DNA from: Camelus dromedarius
Taxonomy: Eukaryota
Length of the DNA stretch: 64,000 nt
Direction of reading: 5' to 3'
Assembly: GCF_036321535.1 (NCBI RefSeq)
Contig: NC_087472.1
Span: forward strand, 98,458,001-98,522,000
Part shown: positions 10,208-19,820 of the stretch, piece by piece
How positions within the stretch are numbered: position 1 is the stretch's first letter
Layout: every line of letters begins with the position of its first letter
The notes under the pieces: model-generated
The model's input: only the letters and a program-made list of their open reading frames with translations
Told to the model about the DNA's origin: nothing
Database searches by the model: none
Made by a program: the position numbers and the translations under genes

Positions 10208-12163
10208 ATGAGTTACTTCCTGTCTTACTGCAAAGCTCATGGCGGCGCGCTGCTCACCGGCTACCAGGCCCTGCGCGCCGAGGGCTTTCTGTGCGACGTG
10301 ACCCTGGAGGCCGAGGGCAGCGAGTTTCCGGCGCACAGGTCGCTCCTCGCGTGTTCCAGCGACTACTTTAGGGCCTTGTTCAAGAGCCACACCAGGGAGT
10401 CCCGGGCGCGCGTGATCCACCTGCATGTGCCCTCGGCGGCCGGCCTGCAGCGCTTGCTAGACTTCATCTACACCGCCTGGCTGCCGCTCTCCATGGACAC
10501 CGTGGAGGACACGCTGGAGGCCGCCAGCTACCTGCAGGTCACTGAGGCCCTAGGGCTGTGCGGCCGCTACCTGGAGCGCCAGCTGGCCCCGGAGAACTGC
10601 TGCTTTGCCGCCAATATGGCGGCGCGCTTCGGCCTGGCGCACACGTTGGACGCGGCGGAACGCTGCATCGTGCGCCACCTGAGGGAGCTGCTGGCGCGCG
10701 GCGCGGGCCCTGCAGGGCTGCTGGAGCTCAATCCCGCGTCTCTCAGGGCCGTGCTGGGTGCCCCCGACGTGGCGCGGGTGCCTGAGGCCCGACTGCTGGG
10801 CCTGGCTCTAGCCTGGTTGCGGCAGGAGCCCGAGGCCGAACGCCTGACCCACTGCGCCGCGCTGCTCGAGCGCGTCCGCTTCGGCCTGGTGCCCACCGAC
10901 GTGCTTCGGCGGGTGTACTCGGGCTCCGGCCTCACGCTGCCCACCCGTGTCAAAGGCCTTATCATTCAGGCCCTCAACTACCACACGGCGCCCTCCCGCC
11001 AGCCGCTCATGCAGGGCGAGCAGACCAGCGTCCGGAGCCCCCAAACCCGTATCTTGTTGGTTGGGGGGCGCAGGGGGCGGGAGGCGGTGACCGAGGAGGT
11101 CGTGGTCCCCCGGGAGGCAGTCAGGGGCAGGGGCGCTGCGGCGGCGCCCGAGGAAGAGGAGGAAGAGGAGCAGATGGAGGAGGAGGAGGAGGAGGAGGAG
11201 GAGGAGTGGGAGCTCACCCAGGACGTGGTAGCATTTGACGTGTACAACCACCGCTGGCGCAGCCTCACACGACTGCCCGTTCCGCTACTGGGGCACAGCG
11301 TGTGCGTCGCAGGCAACTTCCTGTTCGTCCTGGGCGGGGAGAGCCCGTCGGGCGAAGCCTCCTCCCCACTAACCGACAGCCCGCCGGCTGTCACAGCACA
11401 AGTGCACCGTTACGACCCGCGCTTCCACGCTTGGACAGCGGTGCCGGCTATGCGGGAAGCGCGGGCCCATTTCTGGTGCGGCGCCGTGGGCGAGGGGCTC
11501 CTGGCTGTCGGGGGCCTGGGTGCGGGCGGCGAAGCGCTGGCTTCGGTGGAGATGTACGACCTGCGCCGGGACCGCTGGACGGCAGCCGGGGCGCTGCCGC
11601 GGGCGCTGCACGGCCACGCGGGAGCCGTCGGGGATCGCGGCGTCGTGTACATCTCGGGGGGCAAGGCGGGGAGAGGCGAGGGCGGCGCGAGCAGCCTCCG
11701 GGACGTGTTCGCCCTGGGCCCCGGGGAGCAGGCGTGGAGCAAGAGGGCGCCCATGGGCACGGCCCGCTTCGGGCACCACATGGCGGCACTGCGCGGCGCG
11801 GTGTTCGCCTTTCTGGGGCGCTACGAGCCGTTCTCCGAGATCGAGCGCTACGATCCCGGCACCGACCAGTGGACTCGGCTGCGGCCGCTACCCTACGACC
11901 GCTTCTGCTACGGGCTGGCGGTGGTGGAGGAGACCGTACTGCTGCTGGGCGGCCTTAAGTGGCGGGCCTCACGCCAGGTGCCTACCCGCAACGTGGTGGG
12001 CTATGACCTCGACCTGGACCGCTGGGAGGACATTGGCTGCGCATTGCCCTGGGCCTGGAGTGGCCTGCAGTGCGCAGTCCTGCAACTGGCCGAGGGTGGG
12101 GACGAGGAGAGGGAGGAAGAGCCTGGAGAGGCTCCAGATTTAGTGCTGGGCTTAATAGGTTAG
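10208..12163 (+). CDS. KLHL34: Kelch-like protein 34 (BTB-BACK-Kelch, putative CUL3 substrate adaptor), intronless, 651 aa
   Basis: Single ORF starting MSYFLSYCKAHGGALL. BTB motifs LCDVTL / FPAHRSLLACSSDYFRALF, BACK region (LLERVRFGLV), Kelch repeats (LFVLGG, VHRYDPRFHAW, LLAVGG, VEMYDLRRDRW, VYISGG, IERYDPGTDQW). Adjacent to the CNKSR2 3' end, as known for this gene. Confidence 0.97.
   Translation: MSYFLSYCKAHGGALLTGYQALRAEGFLCDVTLEAEGSEFPAHRSLLACSSDYFRALFKSHTRESRARVIHLHVPSAAGLQRLLDFIYTAWLPLSMDTVEDTLEAASYLQVTEALGLCGRYLERQLAPENCCFAANMAARFGLAHTLDAAERCIVRHLRELLARGAGPAGLLELNPASLRAVLGAPDVARVPEARLLGLALAWLRQEPEAERLTHCAALLERVRFGLVPTDVLRRVYSGSGLTLPTRVKGLIIQALNYHTAPSRQPLMQGEQTSVRSPQTRILLVGGRRGREAVTEEVVVPREAVRGRGAAAAPEEEEEEEQMEEEEEEEEEEWELTQDVVAFDVYNHRWRSLTRLPVPLLGHSVCVAGNFLFVLGGESPSGEASSPLTDSPPAVTAQVHRYDPRFHAWTAVPAMREARAHFWCGAVGEGLLAVGGLGAGGEALASVEMYDLRRDRWTAAGALPRALHGHAGAVGDRGVVYISGGKAGRGEGGASSLRDVFALGPGEQAWSKRAPMGTARFGHHMAALRGAVFAFLGRYEPFSEIERYDPGTDQWTRLRPLPYDRFCYGLAVVEETVLLLGGLKWRASRQVPTRNVVGYDLDLDRWEDIGCALPWAWSGLQCAVLQLAEGGDEEREEEPGEAPDLVLGLIG
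11150..11206 (+). repeat. KLHL34: Coding GAG/GAA repeat (E7-QM-E10) in KLHL34
   Basis: Pure (GAG)10 at 11177-11206. Confidence 0.95.
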
Positions 12164-13290
12164 TGCAGCCTCCAGGCCACGGAGGAGCAAGTCACGCCTG
12201 ACCAGGCTTACAGAGCAACACGTGGGCTTTTCCCAAGAATGGGACTCTGAAAGCAGTGGCTTCTGAAGGTTAACGAGGCAAACAAGGACTTGGCCTAAGA
12301 GGAACATTTTCCCTAAAGCTGAGAATGGGAGACAAGAGGGGTCAAATTTAGAAAGATATATGAATCAGCTCCACTGAGCTGGGGATTTCTAGAAATTCTC
12401 ATGCTTGGCTAGAGATGGACTTTCGAAAATAAAATATGACCCTATCTTCCCTCTTAAAGTAGTTCCTAGGTGCTAACCAGTGATTATTTTTCTGCCAAAC
12501 AGCCAAAAAACGTACCATAAGAAGTTGTATACAACACCCAGAAAATTGTTAGCTATAAAGAGTGTGATAAATAGTTCTAGAAGATGACATTATCTCAATA
12601 AATAGGGAAGGGAAAGTGCCCTGGTTAAACATCATGCAATCATTGTAGGGAGAACTATGATTTTATGATCCAGAATCATGGTTATAGCTCTGCTCTGATG
12701 GTTTAATATAAATATCCAACTGAGAGGGGAAAAAAATCTCTAAAACAGCACCTTATTTTTGGAGAAAATAACAAGTTTTTCTGTCCCTTATCTTTATTTA
12801 CCCTAGTCTGCTTTTGCCCTGGCTTTAGGCAGCTCACTGGTTAAGTTTTATTTCAGCAGCCGTAATCATCAGACTCCTCTGGTTTACTGGATCATCTAAC
12901 AAAAGCGAAACAAAATCCCATTTCTTTCATCCTCTTTAAATGTTCATTCAGCCGACATGTTGTAGGAATATTTGTACAAAAGTTTTTTAAACTTATTTTT
13001 GGTGGTACCCCTCCCCTACCCTCTGCCCCACCTTCCCAAAGGAATCACAGAGAAAGGAAAGAGGAGTAGGTGAAATTTTAAAGTTCGTGTCAGGTAAGTG
13101 GGAAACCAGCTTGATTTTGTAGGATCTCAGAGAAGATTCTTATATACACTGGACAGATGCTTCTTCTGGTTTGTCCTACCAATGACTTGAAACTGGGGGG
13201 TGGGGAGTGGGGAGAAGATGGCTGTGTGATTAGGTAACAAAGAAATGTGGTGAGGACTCTGCATGAATAAAATAGGTGCTTTATAAGGAT
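12164..13290 (+). other. KLHL34: KLHL34 3' UTR
   Basis: Follows TAG; plus-strand AATAAA at 12428, 12597, 13266 and 13360. Which one is used is inferred. Confidence 0.55.
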
Positions 13291-13311
13291 TCAGTAAGAG
13301 CTGAATTTATT
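13266..13311. terminator. Convergent poly(A) signals for KLHL34 (+, AATAAA 13266-13271) and CNKSR2 (-, AATAAA at 13306-13311)
   Basis: Two opposing hexamers 34 nt apart, each followed by U-rich sequence on its own strand. Confidence 0.65.
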
Positions 13312-15522
13312 TGACTTCAGTTTACAGTGCTGCCTCTCTCCTAGATTTGAAACTAATGCAATAAAATGTACAGATATATAGTGTTAAAAGGTCTCTTTCA
13401 TGCTAGGCTAGCCACAAGTCTTTTAAAATTCATTAGTTTAATTTTTACCCTTTAAAACAACAGAGCCAACTTTACAAAAGTAAAAGCCGCTTAGTAGCAA
13501 CACAGCTAACTAGTCTTTCCATCAACTGCTCACTGTTTACAGGGCACAATCTGGCCACTGTATCCACAACACATCCATCAGGTACAGATATTTTTAAGTG
13601 AATGTACACGTTTGGTCAAGTAAACATCAACAAGTCTAAACACCTGTAACAAGCACACTTCATTTTAGGACAAGAGGTTTTGGGTTTGTTTGGTTTTTTT
13701 TTTTGCTTTTTTGTTTTTTAACATGTACAAAATCCCACAAATTTAATGTGCCTCAATATCCATGCAGTAAATAAATGTTTTTACAAATAGTTCTTTTTAA
13801 ATGATAAAAATATTACACTGGACCCAAAATTCCATACAAACATTAATACATGATTTCTCATCCATTTTGACTAAGTATAGGATTACTGAAAATGTGCTGT
13901 AGAAAGGCCACTCTCCTGTACAGTTGTGCAAAGTTTGCAAAACGATAGTGATTCAATGGTGGTTTCAAAAGCAAAGAAAAAGATCCCCGCTGTGGAGTTT
14001 TTACTTTCTCCTCTACAGCAAAAATATTCACTGACAGATATCTGAACTCTTAGAGATGAAAGTACATTCACTGAGCTGTACAGGCAACAGTATAAAGCTG
14101 ATTAGAAGTAGATTTTAGGATATAGAATAGTAAAGGAGGGTCTCTTCCTCCTCCGCCTCCTCAAAAAAAAAAAAGAAACAAAAAACCAAAAACAAACAAA
14201 AAACAAAAACCCCAGTAAATTGTGACTTGTACGGTATGCAGCCAGACACTAAAAAGCAGCACAGTCATTATCATGCTGTGATCACTTTCAAAAACGAGAT
14301 GCTTAAAAAGGGAAATATGATGAGGATTTTTTTCATAGACTTCATCCACTCTTACACAACAAATAATGAAGCTAGGAAAAAAACCTCTAAAATTTTTCTC
14401 TCATATAATTCAATGTAATACATCTGAATGACCACCCTCCTCTTGCTCCTCAGGAGAGAGGTACATTTTTATTTTTCAACATTGTTTTCTATATTAGAAC
14501 ACATATCAGCCTGTAACTAAACATATTTTACTTCCCTGTGTGAAGTATAATCACATAAGTTTAATTAATAGACTAGGGGGAAAATTGGAAACCAACTGGA
14601 AAATTAATTCATTTCAGTTTATACCTTATAGCTTTTTAGAAGTTTGAGTTTAAAAACATGAGTTTGGGCTGAAATTATATATATGTGTGTTAGCTGCCTT
14701 TCTGGGTGAGTTAAGTGTGTTTTAAAAAATCCACTCTCAAATTCCTCTGTACACAATCAGCATTTCATCACTACAAAAATAAAGGAAGATTTAAACCAAG
14801 AAAATAAAGCAGCTCTATCTTCAATTTTGGTCTCAGTTACAAAAACATCTTACAAAGCTTTGCCCTGATACACCATTAAGTGTCCCCATGGATTTGGAAT
14901 AGTATTTCCATTAACCAGCTTTCACAAGTTAATAGACTCTTAAGACGAATATTAGATACCTGAACTTTTCTTACGTTGATGCTCTTCTATTTTGCTTAAC
15001 TCTTGTGTGCGCATCTACAGTTCACAAAAATAAAACTACAGCATTAAACTTTGTGCAATGTTTAAGAAAATTCTTAGAACATTTAATAAATATAAAAAAG
15101 GTTTAAATTCTTTCCCACCCACAAGGATGTCTGCACCTGAAAAAATGTGATTTAGATTTGAAGTCTTGTTTATATAAAATTAACTTAAAGGGAGAAAAGA
15201 TGACCTTAGATAGAAAACTGCCTTTTTGTGTTTTCTCTACTTGAAGACCACCTGTCTTCAGAGTTGTTTGTAAAAGTTAATTTTAAGTCATTGAAGACAG
15301 TTGATTTTGCACATGGTAAACATAAGCTGAGCACTAACTGCATATAAAATATACAAATGCTCATTAAAGACAGTGGTATTATGACCATATATGGTTTGTT
15401 TCATATAGTTTGGTAACATTAAAGTATAGCTTGTCAAGTGTCCCACACGTTGATATAAAATCTACCTTATATACTTGTTCAAAGGACCAGAAGGTACCAG
15501 ATGGCTGGAGGGCAGAATACAC
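13290..15522 (-). other. CNKSR2: CNKSR2 3' UTR (about 2.2 kb, AU-rich, free of obvious repeats)
   Basis: Follows the TAA stop; minus-strand AATAAA at 13306-13311 with UGUA at 13323-13326 upstream of it. The 3' end is approximate. Confidence 0.7.
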
Positions 15523-15762
<240 letters not shown>

Positions 15763-15849
15763 TTATGAGAGGGACAGACTTTTCTTTAAATTTAAAATAA
15801 AACGTTAATAGGCAAAATATTAAGAAACCCACAAGAAACAGCTCTGGTA

Positions 15850-16230
15850 TCCTCAAACTCAGCACTTGAGACTCAAATCCTAGTGTACTTTTTTCTACAC
15901 GCGGCATGGGTCGTATTGCCCATTCTGTGTGGTTTAGTTTTTCTTCTGGCCCATCCTGTATCCCATCTCTGCCTATGGAAACCTTCCTCGTTCTTTAACA
16001 TCCAGTTCATAAGCCTCTCACTTCTTGAAGTCTTCCTTCAACAACTGGAAAAAATGTTTTCTCCCTCATTCATATAAGTCCCTATAACACCTGATTGTTG
16101 CCATCGAGTGGACATTCCACGTCTTGAGTTACTTATGCACTGTTCGTTCTCCTGCTAGAGGGTCAGTTAGCTCCTCACGCTTGCGTGACAGAGAGCACGC
16201 CCTTCGGGTCACCACAGATACATCATTCTT
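15850..16230 (+). mobile_element. L2 fragment
   Basis: CTCTGCCTATGGAAACCTTCCTCGTTCTTTAACATCCAGTTC...CTTGAAGTCTTCC resembles the L2 3' region. Confidence 0.5.
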
Positions 16231-17390
16231 GCTGTGGTCATGTTTTGGCTCCCATCCTGTAGCGCTGAGAGCCTGCAATACCAAGTGGCCCTCCCTTTTT
16301 GCACTGCAGCAAATAATAAGCTCCCTCCCAGTAAGCTTCCTGATGGGGTAACTCACCACAGCGCAGCTATCTCCTGTGGGAGCAGTGAGTCTCCCAGGTG
16401 GGAGCAGAACAGGCTGAGAGGCTCGGTCCTGTCTTTATGAGCCCAGCAAGTGGGAAGGCACGCCTCTGGGGCAGCCCGAGCTGGGGAGGGGAAGACAACA
16501 CTGTGCCCTGAGCAGTGGTTCTGGTCATCGGGGCCAGACCAAGACAGCGGGGCTGAGAGCCAGGATGGCGTTTGTGAGTCACCCTGTGCTGGCTGAGCCT
16601 GTTACGCACACAGGGCTGCTTGGGTCCTTGTCCTCCTCCCCTAATGGGAGATTTCCAGTCCCTCTTAATTTCTCACACTAAAAATGACAGGTCTGTTTAG
16701 TTCGTTTTACCAATGAGGGGCTTTTCTTTACACTGACTTTTGGTCTTCTTGCCCGCGAAGAGTGGCGCCCCGGGTCACATACCTGGTGATCAGTACTCAC
16801 TGAACCCAACACTGGCGGGAGCTCCTACTCTTTGCTCCTGGGAAGTAAACGCTTTTGGGGGCTCTACAGAGCATAAAAGGCAGGGGTGAGGGGCTGAGAG
16901 GGAGAGGGACAGAAGCAGGTCTTTAAAATAGGTGAGCCTGACCTGCTTCACAATGCCTGCCTGCTCTTGCAACCAGGTAGTTTGGACCTGAATGGGGGCG
17001 CAGGTTGGGGGTGAGGGAGGGTGTATGGCTCTGAAACGTGGGAGGGTGAGGATATCTTCGGTACGGCTGGACACCAGAATTATTCTTTTGGATATTACAG
17101 CTCTTTAAAAACTTCTGGTCTTAGTTACCAAAAGGCCATTAAGTTGTCCCCTGGATTTGCGTTAGTCCTTGCACAAATACCAATGAGAGCTATTTGACTC
17201 TGAACACTTGGCTGCTTGCTACCAGAAATTTTTCCAAATCATGCATCTCCTATTTTATCTCTTTGGTACTCACCTCTGTTTCAAAATCACAAAACCTCAG
17301 CAGCCTACAATGAATCAGAAATGTTTCCCAAAGGAGCCCTTTGACCTTTTGGTTTCTGAAATTACTGCATCACATAGGCTGTATGACAGC

Positions 17391-17528
17391 TTTTTTTTTG
17401 TTTCTTTTTTTGGGGGGGGGGAAGGGAGGTAATTAGGTTTATTTATTTATTTAAATAGAGGCACTGGGGATCAAACTCAACCTCTTGAATGCTAAGCACG
17501 CACTCTACCACTGACCTCTACCCTCCCC
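17391..17528 (-). mobile_element. Camelid Vic-1-type tRNA-derived SINE
   Basis: Minus strand GGGGAGGGTAGAGGTCAGTGGTAGAGTGCGTGCTTAGCAT...TTTGATCCCCAGTGCCTC, then (TAAA)n, CCTAATTACCTCCC, a C-run and an A-rich tail. Confidence 0.85.
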
Positions 17529-17766
17529 TCCTCTTTTCTGTTCCTGAGTTTTTAAGGGTGCAGAGCCTGCTGAGGGAGGGTCTGTATGGCAGGCCTTCTC
17601 CATAATACACACACAGTGAGGGGCTGACTTTCCTGGCTTCTTCAATTTCCTGCCTCTCGGCTCCCCTTTCCTCACCACCTCCTCCCCAGCTTGGGAGTGG
17701 CAAAAGAAGATTGGAGACAATGTAAGCGCTTACAGAAATGTGTAACAAGAAAGGCACATGTGAGCT

Positions 17767-17878
17767 GGGAACTGATAGTGTATACAGAACAATTACAAAA
17801 TGTCTACGTGGAACATGATCACGGGAACTGATAGTGTATACAGAACAATTACAAAATGTCTACATGGAACATGATCAC
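17767..17878. repeat. 56-bp tandem duplication, 2 copies, 1 mismatch
   Basis: GGGAACTGATAGTGTATACAGAACAATTACAAAATGTCTAC(G/A)TGGAACATGATCAC at 17767-17822 and 17823-17878. Confidence 0.95.
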
Positions 17879-18247
17879 AGTAGCTTCACTCCAAATGTGC
17901 TGCAGGAGATAGTCACGAAATATCTCAAACTCTGTTAGCACCCACTCTTGCATTCTGCATGCATGCTGTGTTCCTTTAATAGCTATATTAATTACACGAC
18001 ATGGCATATTTATCTCGGGAAAACAAAGGACTGAGAAATAACACCATCCCTGCATTTTGGGGGAAAAATTAATTACATCCTGTTTTCTGCTAGAACCAAG
18101 TCACAAAACATTTAGTCAGTGCTTTGAGATGTTAATGAAAAGTTAAGATTATTTCCTCTTTGCCAAATACATTTATTCCTCTAACTTGGCTTCGAGTTCT
18201 TTCTGTTTACTCTCTGCCACCCCCATCCTTCATTTTGTATTTTGTCA

Positions 18248-18589
<342 letters not shown>

Positions 18590-19614
18590 CTACTTAAAAA
18601 AAAAAAAAACTATCTGAAAAACGGGATAATGAATGATTGGGAAAACACTCATATTATAAAAAAACCCCAACAAAACCACAGTTGTTAGTTATATTGGGTA
18701 AGATCAGCTACAGGCAGCTAATTGTTTTAGAATGATCAATTTATGGGATGCTTTAATTAACAAAATATTCTCTTAATAGCAAATCACCGTACAGATCTTG
18801 AGTCCATTAAGTTCAAAGAATTAGAGTACAAAAGGTACACAACACAGAAACAATCCTGCACATAATTTAATATTTTAAAACATTAATGAATATCCCTTAT
18901 GATTATACTGACAAGCATAGAAGTGCTGATTAACAGAGCTCTCCTGGTTTAGCAATACTGAATGAACTGATTTTAACAATTTTCCAGACTTCATAAGATG
19001 GAATGACATTCACTGGCGTATATGATTGTAAAAATCTTCCAATTGTGTGTTGTAGAGCATTATTAGGTTTCATGTGACTGCCATAGTAATGCCTGCCACA
19101 TTGTAAATATGGTAAATGATCATAAATTATCATCAATGACACTGCTTTAATTAGAATGAAATATGGGAATATTTACATGCAAATGTAAGGGGAAATCTGG
19201 CACGATCTAAAAGAAACTACTTAGCATTTGTAAGACCTGGGAAGAAAACACTCCAATTAAATATATTTGAGAGAAAAAATTAAGAGACTGGTTCAGGAAA
19301 GGGTCTTAGATCTATTTGAACAAATCCAATTCCCATCTTATTATTTAATTGTGTGAATACTGATGTCATATCTTTCTCAACAATGATAAACAAAGATGAA
19401 CTTGGATTTTGCTTGGATTGGGAGATAGGATTAGGGCTCTATCACATTTCCTTTAATAGAGAGCCAAAGAGTCCCATTTGAGGAAAGTTAATTACACTGG
19501 CCCAAGAAGTAAATATGGAATATTGTTCATTCTGCAATGGTCCATGTGAATACTTTAGGCTTTCTGATGTACTTACAAAAAAAAAACAACAAAAAAAAAC
19601 CTCCCTAACTGGTA

Positions 19615-19820
19615 ACAATGTAGTTAGCATTTATATGTGCCAGGGAGTAGGGTAAATGCTTAACATTCATGATCTCATTATTCCTCACAGCAATACTAGG
19701 AGTAGATCTACTTGATTTTCATTTTATAGCAGGGAAGTACCTTTCTCAAGGTCACATTTAGTTAAGTGGTGAAGCTAGAATTCCAACCCGGCAGTCTGGC
19801 TCAAGAATCCAGGATTTTAA
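19615..19820 (-). mobile_element. MIR SINE
   Basis: ATCTCATTATTCCTCACAGCAA...CAAGGTCACA...GCTAGAATTCCAACCCGGCAGTCTGGCTC. Confidence 0.8.

Larger units (their letters stand above)
8930..12100. promoter_or_regulatory. CpG island covering the KLHL34 promoter, 5' UTR and almost the entire CDS
   Basis: Visibly very high GC and CpG density compared with AT-rich, CpG-depleted flanks. Confidence 0.9.

Noticed and set aside
8717..12143. Many long alternative-frame and antisense ORFs around KLHL34 (e.g. 9007..9579, 9701..10426, 11302..11958, 11520..12143)
   Set aside because: Expected stop-poor shadows of GC-rich DNA; P/G/R/A-rich with no recognisable domain.
17455..17528. tRNA-like sequence
   Set aside because: Degenerate SINE head with a disrupted B-box region; not a functional tRNA.
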